From contig JAFZAI010000083.1 in the NCBI GenBank assembly GCA_017557325.1, positions 1 to 61,077 on the forward strand: 61,077 nt of DNA, given 5' to 3'. How positions within the stretch are numbered: the first letter of the stretch is position 1; each line of letters starts with the position of its first letter. This stretch comes from Bacteroidales bacterium (GTDB lineage: Bacteria; Bacteroidota; Bacteroidia; Bacteroidales; UBA932). The translations under genes and the position numbers were made by a program. Shown one piece after another: positions 52,620-61,077 of the stretch. Under the pieces are notes generated by a model, which was given only the letters and a program-made list of their open reading frames with translations, was not told where the DNA came from and did not search any database.

Positions 52620-54987
52620 ATTCAAATATGTATTTAATCACTTCCTGAATATCTTTTACGTAGACAAAGGTAAGACCTTTTACGTAAATATCCTTGATAT
52701 CCTCGACATCTTTGCGATTTTCTTCGGAAATAACGATGGTGTGGACCCCGGCGCGCTTGGCAGCGAGGATCTTTTCCTTGATGCCGCCGACCGGAAGCAC
52801 GCGGCCACGGAGGGTCATTTCACCCGTCATTGCGACCCCGCTCTTGATCTTCTCGCCGCGAAAAGCGGAGACCATCGAACTGACCATCGTGATACCCGCG
52901 GAAGGGCCATCCTTCGGCACCGCGCCTTCCGGCACGTGCACGTGGATATCCTTCTCGGCGAAGGTATCGTACGGCATATTGGCAAGCTCCGGATGTGCCT
53001 TGATATACTGGTAGGCAATCTGGGCCGACTCCTTCATTACGTCGCCGAGATTACCCGTCATCGTGAGGACGCCCTTGCCCTTCGACACGGAGCTTTCGAT
53101 GAAGAGAATCTCCCCGCCCATCTCCGTCCAGGCCAGGCCGGTCACCACGCCGGGAGCCTCGTTGCCTTTCTGGAGGTCGTGGAAGGCTGTCGGAAGACCG
53201 AGATAATCCTTGAGGTTGTCCTTCCGGGGGCCTTCATTTTTCTCTCCGAGGGCGATCTTCTTGGCCGTCACGCGGGCGATCTTAGCAATCTGCTTCTCCA
53301 GGCCGCGGACACCGGACTCGTGCGTATAGCTGTCGATAATCTCCCGGAGGGTGTCCTGGGAAATCTTGAGATCGTTCTTCCCGAGCCCGTGCTCCTCCGT
53401 CTGCTTGGGGATCAGATAATGTTTCGCGATTTCCATCTTCTCCTCGGCCAGATAACCAGTCACATTGATCATCTCCATCCTGTCCTTGAGGGCCGGCTGA
53501 ATGGTCGACGTGACGTTGGCCGTGGTGATGAACATCACGTGCGAGAGGTCGTAGTCGATGTCGAGATAATTGTCGTGGAAGGTAGAATTCTGTTCGGGAT
53601 CAAGCGCCTCCAGCAATGCGGAGGACGGGTCTCCCTTGAAGTCGTTGGAAAGTTTGTCGATCTCGTCGAGGACGATGACGGGATTGTTGGTCCCCGCCCG
53701 CTGGATGCCGTTGAGGATCCGGCCGGGAAGGGCGCCGATATAGGTTTTGCGGTGACCGCGGATCTCCGCCTCGTCGTGCATACCACCGAGCGAAATCCGG
53801 ATATACTTGCGGCCGAGGGCCCGGGCAATGGACTTGCCGAGCGAGGTCTTACCCACCCCCGGAGGGCCGTACAAGCAGAGGATCGGGGACTTCATATTGC
53901 CCTTGAGCTTGAGGACGGCCAGGTACTCGATGATACGGTCCTTGACGTTCTCCAATCCGAAATGATCCTCGTCCAGCACCTTCTGGGCGTTCGAGAGGTC
54001 CAGGTTGTCCTCCGAATATTCGCCCCAGGGCAGATCAAGCATAAACTGGATATAGTTGTACTGGATGCTGTAATCCGGCGAGGAAGGATTGTACTTCTCA
54101 AGCTTCTGCATCTCGCGGTCGAAAATCTCGCGGACCTCTTTGGACCATTTCTTCTCGTCGGCACGGGCGCGCAACTTGGCGAATTCCTCCTCCTCGTCCA
54201 TTCCGAGGGCCTCCTGGATGGTCTTGAGCTGATTGTTCAGATAGTATTCCCGCTGCTGCTGGTCGATATCGGATTTGACCTTCTGGTTAATTTCCTGCTT
54301 GATCTTCAGCAACTCCACCTGGGTATCGAGCACCTTCAGGAGAGCCATTGCACGCTCCCGCAGATCCGTGTAGGAAAGGAGGGCAACGCGGTCGGCGAAG
54401 TTGTCGACCTCGATGGTGGTGCCGATGAAGTTGACGAGGAATTCGAAATTCCCGATGGATTCCATCGCCGTGATGGCTTCCTTCGGGGCGAAACCCGAGC
54501 TCCGGATGATGTTGCCTGCCTTCTCCCGGAGGGATTCCGAGAGCATTTTTTCCGTGGCGGGATCCATCTGCGGGACAAAATCATTCAAATAATGGACGCG
54601 CGCAACTAGATAAGGGTCCGACTGGATGATATCGTCCAACTCGAAACGCTTGAAACTCTGCAGAATCGCCGTAACGCTGCCGTCCGGCATCTCCAGCATC
54701 TTCACCACGCGGGCGACCACGCCATAGCCGTACAAGTCGGTTTTGGCAGGCTCTTCAACGGAAATATCCTTCTGTGGGAGGGCGCCGATAAACAGATTCT
54801 TCTCCTCGGCTTCCCGCACCAGCCGCATTGATTTGTCGCGGCCGATGGTGACAGGATAGACCGTCCCAGGCAGGATCACGGCATTGCGCAATGCCAGGAT
54901 GGGAAGCACGTCGGGCAGTTCGGAATCACTCACCTTCGGAAGGCCTTCACCCTGGAGAACGGGGATAATATTGACTTCTCTTTGCAT
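52618..54987 (-). CDS. lon: Lon protease
   Basis: GPPGVGKTS, LDEIDK, PKDGPSAG and GGIKEK motifs. Confidence 0.98.
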   Translation of the reverse strand: MQREVNIIPVLQGEGLPKVSDSELPDVLPILALRNAVILPGTVYPVTIGRDKSMRLVREAEEKNLFIGALPQKDISVEEPAKTDLYGYGVVARVVKMLEMPDGSVTAILQSFKRFELDDIIQSDPYLVARVHYLNDFVPQMDPATEKMLSESLREKAGNIIRSSGFAPKEAITAMESIGNFEFLVNFIGTTIEVDNFADRVALLSYTDLRERAMALLKVLDTQVELLKIKQEINQKVKSDIDQQQREYYLNNQLKTIQEALGMDEEEEFAKLRARADEKKWSKEVREIFDREMQKLEKYNPSSPDYSIQYNYIQFMLDLPWGEYSEDNLDLSNAQKVLDEDHFGLENVKDRIIEYLAVLKLKGNMKSPILCLYGPPGVGKTSLGKSIARALGRKYIRISLGGMHDEAEIRGHRKTYIGALPGRILNGIQRAGTNNPVIVLDEIDKLSNDFKGDPSSALLEALDPEQNSTFHDNYLDIDYDLSHVMFITTANVTSTIQPALKDRMEMINVTGYLAEEKMEIAKHYLIPKQTEEHGLGKNDLKISQDTLREIIDSYTHESGVRGLEKQIAKIARVTAKKIALGEKNEGPRKDNLKDYLGLPTAFHDLQKGNEAPGVVTGLAWTEMGGEILFIESSVSKGKGVLTMTGNLGDVMKESAQIAYQYIKAHPELANMPYDTFAEKDIHVHVPEGAVPKDGPSAGITMVSSMVSAFRGEKIKSGVAMTGEMTLRGRVLPVGGIKEKILAAKRAGVHTIVISEENRKDVEDIKDIYVKGLTFVYVKDIQEVIKYIFE

Positions 54988-55013
54988 ATCTTTTATCCTA
55001 TTTTAGTATCACA

Positions 55014-55078
55014 CTGACAAAATGGCATATTTCCCCCTCTTTCGGGGGCGGATCCCTTTATGGTCAATCTCCGTGCCA
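55014..55078 (-). promoter_or_regulatory. Possible sigma-54-like promoter and TGCCA-TTT-TGTCA repeat upstream of lon
   Basis: TGGCACGGAGATTGAC on minus (55063-55078); CTGACAAAATGGCA at 55014-55027. Confidence 0.45.
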
Positions 55079-55189
55079 CATTTATAAGCAAAAAGATTTT
55101 GATAATTGAAAAATAAAGGCTATTTTTGTCGGCTGAATTTGAATAATTAAGCAAACTCTTATAATATCATATAAAATTTTACAGTAACT

Positions 55190-55465
55190 ATGACAAAGGC
55201 AGAAATCGTAAATGAGGTTGCTAAGTCAACCGGCATTGAGAAAAATCAGGTACAGGCAGTAGTTGAGGCATTTATGGAGACCGTGAAGGATTCTCTCGCC
55301 CAGGGCAATCACGTTTACCTCCGGGGCTTCGGCAGCTTTATCATCAAGCACCGCGCCCAGAAGGCTGCAAGGAACATCACGAAGCACACCACGCTGACGA
55401 TTCCCGCGCACGACATCCCGGCCTTCAAGCCTGCAAAGGTTTTCATAGCCTCTGTAAAGAAGTAA
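55190..55465 (+). CDS. hup: HU/IHF-family DNA-binding protein
   Basis: MTKAEIV, LRGFGSF, ARNI and PAFKPA motifs. Confidence 0.95.
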   Translation: MTKAEIVNEVAKSTGIEKNQVQAVVEAFMETVKDSLAQGNHVYLRGFGSFIIKHRAQKAARNITKHTTLTIPAHDIPAFKPAKVFIASVKK

Positions 55466-55485
55466 ACCTCTAAATTTTTCTAATT

Positions 55486-55575
55486 ATGCCCAGCGGTAAA
55501 AAGAGAAAGAGACATAAAATGGCGACGCACAAACGTAAAAAACGTTTGCGCAAGAACCGTCACAAGAAGAAATAA
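55486..55575 (+). CDS. 30S ribosomal protein bS22 (DUF1713/COX24-like; not in ORF track)
   Basis: Manual translation MPSGKKRKRHKMATHKRKKRLRKNRHKKK. Confidence 0.88.
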   Translation: MPSGKKRKRHKMATHKRKKRLRKNRHKKK

Positions 55576-55615
55576 TCCGGTGTCTGTCATTTTAGCAGTC
55601 TCTGCTTGAAACTAA

Positions 55616-55649
55616 GGGCCGACCGGCCATCCGGGACGGCCCGTTTTTT
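55616..55649 (+). terminator. Intrinsic terminator after hup-bS22
   Basis: GGGCCG...CGGCCC stem followed by a T run. Confidence 0.65.
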
Positions 55650-55662
55650 AATTAAATTCCCA

Positions 55663-57228
55663 ATGGAGTCTGAAAAACCGGACAAAGACCTGATCGTCGA
55701 CGTGTCGGCGAGAGAAGTTCGCATCGCCCTGATGGAGAACCACAGGCTGATCGAACTGGGCAAGGAGTCCAGCGAAGGGGAGCATTTCGGTGTGGGGGAC
55801 GTCTATCTTGGCAAAGTCAAGAAGATCCTCCCCTCCCTCAACGCTGCCTTTGTGGATATCGGTGACCAGAAGGAAGCATTCGTCCATTATCTCGACCTGG
55901 GGCTTTATTTCTACGCCTTCGACGAATTCGTCCGGAGGAGCAATCCCAACACCAACCTCGAGGACCTCTACCACAGCATCAAGCTCAAGGATGTCCTCCC
56001 GAAGGAAGGCCGGATTGAAGAGCAGTTGAAGCCCGGACAGATGATGGTGGTGCAGATCGTCAAGGAGCCCATTTCCACCAAAGGTTCAAGACTGACTGCG
56101 GAGATTTCATTGGCAGGACGCAACATCGTGCTTCTCCCCTTCGCCGAGAAGGTGTCGATCTCGCAGAAGATCGGCTCGAAAGAGGAGAAACGTAGACTGG
56201 AAACGCTCGTCAGGAGCATCCTCCCCGGCAACTACGGGGCCATCATCCGCACCGCGGCCGAAGGCAAGAAAGCGGCCATCCTGGTAGCGGAAGTGCAGGC
56301 CCTCATCGAGAAGTGGGAGTCCTCCTGGACGAAGATTGCACACCACAAGGTCGTCAGCCCGCTGTTCAACGAGTACAGCAAGACCACCACGATCCTCCGG
56401 GATCTGCTGAACGATTCCTTCTCCAACATTTACATCAATGACGAGAAGGTATGCGATGAGGCCATCAAGTACATTTCGCTGATCTCCCCCGGCCAGGAGA
56501 AGATCGTGCACCTGTACGACAACAAGAAGCCCATCTTCGACCATTTCGAGGTCACGCGGCAGATCAAGAGTTCCTTCGGGAAGGTGGTTCCCCTCCGGGC
56601 AGGCGCATACCTTGTCATCGAGACGACTGAAGCGCTGAACGTAATCGACGTCAACAGCGGCATCCGCGCCAAGACCAGCGACCACGAGGAGAATTCCTTC
56701 GAGGTCAACAAGGCGGCCGCAGAGGAGATTGCGCGCCAGCTCCGGCTCCGGGATATGGGAGGCATCGTCATCGTCGACTTCATCGATATGGAGTCAAACG
56801 ATCACAAGAACGCCCTCTTCAAGTATATGCAGGAGCTGATGGAAAACGACAGGGCCAAGCACAACGTGCTCCCGCTCACCAAGTTCGGGCTGATGCAGAT
56901 CACCCGGCAGCGGATCCGGCCCGTGACAGAGATCAACACCATGGAAGTATGCCCGGTTTGCCACGGCACCGGCAAGATTGCTTCCAGCGTGGTGATCGAC
57001 GAGCAGATCGAGCGGCGGCTCTCCTACTACGTCATCGAAAAAGGCATCCGGAGCTTCATCCTCAAGACCAGCCCGATTCTCGGGGCCTACCTCACGAGGG
57101 GTTTCTTCAACTCCTATGTCAAGAAATGGAGGAAGCGCTACGGCTGCAAGATCGAAATCCAGGAATCCACGGACTTCTCCGTCCTGCAAAATGAAATGTA
57201 TGATGAGAAAGGGGGCAAGCTCGACTGA
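55663..57228 (+). CDS. rng: Ribonuclease E/G family (Rne/Rng)
   Basis: S1 domain, KEPISTKG, IDVNSG, LRDMGGIVIVDFIDM and CPVCHG motifs. Confidence 0.94.
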   Translation: MESEKPDKDLIVDVSAREVRIALMENHRLIELGKESSEGEHFGVGDVYLGKVKKILPSLNAAFVDIGDQKEAFVHYLDLGLYFYAFDEFVRRSNPNTNLEDLYHSIKLKDVLPKEGRIEEQLKPGQMMVVQIVKEPISTKGSRLTAEISLAGRNIVLLPFAEKVSISQKIGSKEEKRRLETLVRSILPGNYGAIIRTAAEGKKAAILVAEVQALIEKWESSWTKIAHHKVVSPLFNEYSKTTTILRDLLNDSFSNIYINDEKVCDEAIKYISLISPGQEKIVHLYDNKKPIFDHFEVTRQIKSSFGKVVPLRAGAYLVIETTEALNVIDVNSGIRAKTSDHEENSFEVNKAAAEEIARQLRLRDMGGIVIVDFIDMESNDHKNALFKYMQELMENDRAKHNVLPLTKFGLMQITRQRIRPVTEINTMEVCPVCHGTGKIASSVVIDEQIERRLSYYVIEKGIRSFILKTSPILGAYLTRGFFNSYVKKWRKRYGCKIEIQESTDFSVLQNEMYDEKGGKLD

Positions 57229-57241
57229 GCCCCCTTTTTTT
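57208..57241. terminator. Likely bidirectional terminator between convergent rng and lnt
   Basis: AAAGGGGGC...GCCCCCTTTTTTT. Confidence 0.7.
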
Positions 57242-58847
57242 ATGCCTTCCTGCGCGGCAGGATCGCCGCTCCCAGCAGGAGCAGGAAGACGAGGATGGCG
57301 AGGCGGCCGGAAATATCGCCGAAGCGGACAAAGAAGGTTTGCCGGTCGGAGAGATTGACCCGGCCCGAAAGTGTGGCGCTCTGCCACCAGGGGGTTTTCG
57401 CGACGATGCGGCCCCGCTGGTCGATGAGGGCGGAGATGCCCGTATTGGCGCAACGGGCGATGTCGCGGCGGGTCTCGATGGCCCGGAGCGAAGCGTAGCT
57501 CAGATGCTGCTTATAACCCGGAGTGTCGCCCCACCAGGCGTCGTTGGTAATCACGGTCAGGAGCCGGGCTCCGGCCTTGATATAATCGCGGCAGTAGTTG
57601 CCGTAAATAGATTCGTAGCAGATGGCGCAGCCGATGGGAATTTCGCGCTCCGCCGCCCGGAATGTCAGGCAGGTGACGCTGTCCTGGCCGACGTCGCGTC
57701 CCATCACGCCGCCGAGCAGATTGTCAATCGGGACGAATACGGCCGGATAAGGCGTGCTCTCGACGCCGACGACCAATTTGGACTTGTGGAAAATATCCGT
57801 CCGGGCCGTCGAGTCCACCATCAGCGCGGAATTGTGCGTCTCGATCCATCCGTCGTAACCGGCCCACTGCCGGGCAGTACGGGAGGGACGGGCATCAAAG
57901 CGCTCAAGCGTCACGGCTCCGAGGAGAATATTGCACCAGGGATGCTCCCGCGTGAAGCCAACCATCCGGCGGAAGGTGGGACTCAGCATCGGGTCATTGG
58001 CCCAGACGTCGCTCGTAAAGGTTTCCGGGGTAAGGATCAGCAGCGGGGAGACGGTGTCGTTCCGTTCCCGGACGGCCTTCTGCGCCTGATCGAGAAGGAT
58101 GGCGTTCTGCTGCTGCTGGGTCATCGCCGTGAATTTGTTGTACGGGTCGATGTTGGGCTGGAGGATAGCGACATCCAGCGGATCCTCCGTTTCCTTGTAA
58201 TTCCACCAGATGCCGAGTGAAAGGGCGATGGGCGCAAGGACTGACAGAACGATCCCCGTAATAGCAGATCCGCGGGCTTTGCCATTCCAGCGCCCCCAGG
58301 AGCCATCCGAGAGGGTTACCATCAGTCCAAAAAGGGCCAGATTGACCGTCCAAACCCAGAGCGAGCCGCCGAGCGTGCCGGTGAATTCATACCACTGCAC
58401 CAGCGGCAGCGTACGGGAAAAAGCGTTGCCGAAAACCAGCCACGGCCAGGAAATCTGGGCCGCATCGAGGTAGTATTTCTCCCAGGCAATCCAGGCGGCC
58501 GCAAGGAAAATATACGGCAGGACGCCGCCCTTCATCCGCTTTTTCACCCAGCGGAACAGGCCGAATACCACTGACATCTGCAGGGCATTGGCCACCGAGG
58601 CGAAGATACCGCCCCCGACGGTGGCGTTGCAGACCCACCAGGTCGTGATGAGATTCCACATCAGGAAGAACGGGTAGTGGAACAGCCAGAAATGCTTCTT
58701 CCCCTCCAGCGTCGCCATCCGCTCGGCTGAGAGAAGAGGAATCATCGCAATCAGCATCAAAGCACCGCAACCGGGCACGAGAAACGCACCCGAGGCGAGC
58801 AGTACGCCAAGGGCGAAGAGAAGGATGTATTTCCCATTCTTCTTCAT
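57240..58847 (-). CDS. lnt: Apolipoprotein N-acyltransferase
   Basis: TM N-terminus; nitrilase triad PET, HKSKLV, ICYES; TNDAWW and ANTGIS motifs. Confidence 0.93.
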   Translation of the reverse strand: MKKNGKYILLFALGVLLASGAFLVPGCGALMLIAMIPLLSAERMATLEGKKHFWLFHYPFFLMWNLITTWWVCNATVGGGIFASVANALQMSVVFGLFRWVKKRMKGGVLPYIFLAAAWIAWEKYYLDAAQISWPWLVFGNAFSRTLPLVQWYEFTGTLGGSLWVWTVNLALFGLMVTLSDGSWGRWNGKARGSAITGIVLSVLAPIALSLGIWWNYKETEDPLDVAILQPNIDPYNKFTAMTQQQQNAILLDQAQKAVRERNDTVSPLLILTPETFTSDVWANDPMLSPTFRRMVGFTREHPWCNILLGAVTLERFDARPSRTARQWAGYDGWIETHNSALMVDSTARTDIFHKSKLVVGVESTPYPAVFVPIDNLLGGVMGRDVGQDSVTCLTFRAAEREIPIGCAICYESIYGNYCRDYIKAGARLLTVITNDAWWGDTPGYKQHLSYASLRAIETRRDIARCANTGISALIDQRGRIVAKTPWWQSATLSGRVNLSDRQTFFVRFGDISGRLAILVFLLLLGAAILPRRKA

Positions 58848-58900
58848 TGGAATACAAAGATATGATTATTTTTCGTAACTTTGTCAAAATCTCGTCTGCT

Positions 58901-59710
58901 ATGGCAAAGACCCAAAGAAAACACAAGATACCCGAAGGAAAGCTGACCTGGGGTTTTGTCCTCAAGAACGCCGTCGCGGCGGTGGTGGTCATTACCCTGA
59001 TTTTTCTCGGCATTTCCTGGTGGCTCAACGGATATACCAACCACGGCAAGACCGTCGTGGTCCCCGACCTTACCAACATGACCGGCAAAGAAGCCGCCAA
59101 AGCCGCCCGCAGCGCCGGTGTACGGGCGACAGTGGAGGATTCTGTCTTTATGCCCAAGCTTGGCAAGGGAATCGTCTTCCGCCAGGAGCCACGGGCCGGC
59201 CTGACCGTCAAGAAAGGCCGCCATATCCGCCTTACGGCCAATGCCGTCATCCCCAAGAAAGTCCAGATGCCGAACCTCGTCGGCTACAACATTATGGAAG
59301 CAAAGGCTGAAATCATCAGCCACGGTCTTACGATCGGCCGTCTGGAATACGTCCGGGATATCGCCACCAACGTCGTGATGGAGCAGAAAGTGGCAGGCCG
59401 GGTCATCCGCCCGGGAACGGAGATTATCTCCGGGTCCGAGGTGACGCTGGTCCTGGGTCTCAATCCCCGGTTTGGCACGACCGTCGTTCCGAATGTCGTC
59501 GGCAGCAAATTCCTCAGCGCCATTGACGGCCTCCACGACAACTTCCTCAACCGGGGCAAGGTCGTCGCCGATCCCGACATCCGCACCTACGCCGACTCTA
59601 TCCAGGCATACGTCTACCGTCAGGATCCCTCGCCGCGCGCCTCCCGGTCGATGGGTTCTCCCGTCGTCCTCTATCTCACCAAGAACGAGAGCAAGATCCC
59701 CACGAAATGA
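58901..59710 (+). CDS. PASTA-domain membrane protein
   Basis: One TM helix, YTNHG, three PASTA repeats (VPDL, MPNL, VPNV). Confidence 0.88.
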   Translation: MAKTQRKHKIPEGKLTWGFVLKNAVAAVVVITLIFLGISWWLNGYTNHGKTVVVPDLTNMTGKEAAKAARSAGVRATVEDSVFMPKLGKGIVFRQEPRAGLTVKKGRHIRLTANAVIPKKVQMPNLVGYNIMEAKAEIISHGLTIGRLEYVRDIATNVVMEQKVAGRVIRPGTEIISGSEVTLVLGLNPRFGTTVVPNVVGSKFLSAIDGLHDNFLNRGKVVADPDIRTYADSIQAYVYRQDPSPRASRSMGSPVVLYLTKNESKIPTK

Positions 59711-60717
59711 GTCCGGACAGCGGCGATCTCTTCGAGCATTACCGCCTGGTGGCCGACAAAGGACAGGCTCCCGAGCGGATCGACAAATTCATATCCACCC
59801 ACCTCGAGGGCACTTCGCGCCATCGGGTACAACTGGCCATCAAGGCCGGTTACGTCTTCTTGAATGAGACCCCGGCCAAGGCGAATGCCATCATCCGGCC
59901 GGACGATGTCATCTCTGTCCGGATGCCGTATCAGCGGCGTGGCGTGGAGATTCTGCCCGAAGACATTCCCCTGGACATCGTCTACGAGGACGAAGACGTG
60001 CTGGTGATCAACAAACCCGCCGGAATGGTGGTGCATCCCGGTCACGGCAATTTCTCCGGCACGCTCATCAACGCCCTGTCCCATTACCTCGGCATCACCC
60101 AGGGCCCGGACGCAGAGGACGAGCGGATGGGAATCCTCGTACATCGCATCGACAAGGATACCTCCGGACTGCTGCTGGTCGCCAAAACCGTCGAAATGCA
60201 GCAGCGTCTTGCCAAGCAGTTCTTCGAGCATAGCATCGAGCGCAAATACATCGCAGTCGTCTGGGGCAACATCAAGGAAGACGAGGGGACCGTGGAAGGC
60301 ACCATCGGCCGCGATCCCAACGACCGCCTCCGCTACCGCGTCTACGACGACCCCGAGAAAGGCAAATACGCCTGCACGCATTACAAGGTGCTGGAGCGCT
60401 TCGGCTTTATCACGGTCATCGAATGCCGCCTGGAGACGGGCCGCACGCACCAGATCCGCGTACATATGTCTTCACTGGGGCATCCGCTCTTCAACGACGA
60501 GCGCTACGGTGGCGCTGAAATCCGCCAGGGCACCATCTACAGCAAATACCGCCAGTTCATCGAGAACTGTTTCGCCATCTGCCCGCGCCAGGCCCTCCAC
60601 GCCAAGACCCTCGGCTTCGTCCATCCCCGCACCGGCGAGATGATGCGCTTCGACTCGGAAATCCCCGCCGACATGACCGCCCTCATCGAAAAGTGGCGGC
60701 GGTACGTGGCGGAGTAG
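59707..60717 (+). CDS. rluD: RluA/RluD-family pseudouridine synthase
   Basis: S4 domain; NKPAGMVVHP, HRIDKDTSG, TGRTHQIRVH and QALHA motifs. Confidence 0.92.
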   Translation: MSPDSGDLFEHYRLVADKGQAPERIDKFISTHLEGTSRHRVQLAIKAGYVFLNETPAKANAIIRPDDVISVRMPYQRRGVEILPEDIPLDIVYEDEDVLVINKPAGMVVHPGHGNFSGTLINALSHYLGITQGPDAEDERMGILVHRIDKDTSGLLLVAKTVEMQQRLAKQFFEHSIERKYIAVVWGNIKEDEGTVEGTIGRDPNDRLRYRVYDDPEKGKYACTHYKVLERFGFITVIECRLETGRTHQIRVHMSSLGHPLFNDERYGGAEIRQGTIYSKYRQFIENCFAICPRQALHAKTLGFVHPRTGEMMRFDSEIPADMTALIEKWRRYVAE

Positions 60718-60787
60718 AAGATTATTTCAAGAAAAAATTGCAGAATTTCAAAAACTTTGATTATCTTTGCAGTCCCTTTCGGGGAAT

Positions 60788-60860
60788 CTGGGTGTGGCGC
60801 AGTTGGTAGCGCACCTGGTTAGGGACCAGGAGGTCGCTCGTTCAAGTCGAGTCACCCAGA
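60788..60860 (+). tRNA. tRNA-Pro with anticodon AGG
   Basis: Acceptor CTGGGTG/CACCCAG, D arm GCGC-AGTTGGTA-GCGC, anticodon arm CCTGG-TTAGGGA-CCAGG, T arm GCTCG-TTCAAGT-CGAGT, discriminator A73; TATCTTTG promoter at 60762-60769. Confidence 0.92.
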
Positions 60861-60863
60861 CGC

Positions 60864-60910
60864 AAAAATCAAGCACTTGTGGACATTCCGCAGGTGCTTT
60901 GATTCTTTTC
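60864..60910 (+). terminator. Intrinsic terminator after tRNA-Pro
   Basis: AAGCACTTGTGGA-CAT-TCCGCAGGTGCTT followed by a T-rich tail. Confidence 0.75.
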
Positions 60911-60988
60911 CGGCAATCAGACAGCAATATCTTGGCAAATCCGCCGAAAATCGCTAACTTGCAGCGTTAAATCAAGCATTCCCCGATT

Positions 60989-61077
60989 ATGAAAAGAATC
61001 CTTCTCCTTCTTTACTCCATCGTCGCGCTCGTGATGCTCGGCAGCGTCAATGTTTATGCGCAGAACAAAAAGGACAA
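60989..61077 (+). CDS. Exported protein, 5' fragment (runs off the window)
   Basis: MKRILLLLYSIVALVMLGSVNVYAQNKKD signal peptide. Confidence 0.65.
   Translation, partial: MKRILLLLYSIVALVMLGSVNVYAQNKKD

Noticed and set aside
55486-55575. Novel Lys/Arg-rich micropeptide
   Set aside because: Recognisable as ribosomal protein bS22, already known in Bacteroidota.
60767-60970. 67-aa ORF in the track
   Set aside because: It is a translation of the tRNA-Pro gene and its terminator.
60860-61077. tRNA-Pro as an integration site for an island
   Set aside because: No integrase or duplicated tRNA 3' end is visible; a terminator and an ordinary signal-peptide gene follow.

Overview
A 61-kb, GC-rich, mostly core-genome window from a Bacteroidales bacterium. 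The assignment is inferred from TAnnTTTG -7 promoters, a Bacteroidetes-type RpoZ, bS22 and the bamA-skp-uppS-nadK synteny; the lineage is possibly a gut/rumen RC9/Cryptobacteroides-like one. It holds about 55 CDS: an iron-acquisition island (porin, imelysin, di-haem DHOR, CcsA, hemerythrin-like protein and LuxR regulator, divergent from a feoA-feoB fusion), central metabolism (gdhA, 2-oxoacid:ferredoxin oxidoreductase, Fe-S D-lactate dehydrogenase), envelope biogenesis (bamA, bamD, skp, lnt, alr) and housekeeping genes. It also holds two tRNAs and three small ORFs missed by the ORF track (rpmH, bS22 and a 50-aa orphan). No transposase, integrase, prophage or CRISPR array was seen. Most notable: (1) an intact, promoter- and terminator-flanked tRNA-Pro with the very unusual A34 anticodon AGG, with tadA in the same window; (2) a stand-alone AT-rich cassette in which the transcript 5' end is perfectly complementary (15 nt) to the start region of a small basic CxxC/HxR peptide; (3) a 127-140-bp multi-hairpin repeat family whose two copies keep structure but not stem sequence, one of which appears to be translated as the N-terminus of CcsA; (4) GTCATTCC...GGAATCT REP-like elements, two of them inside coding sequence.
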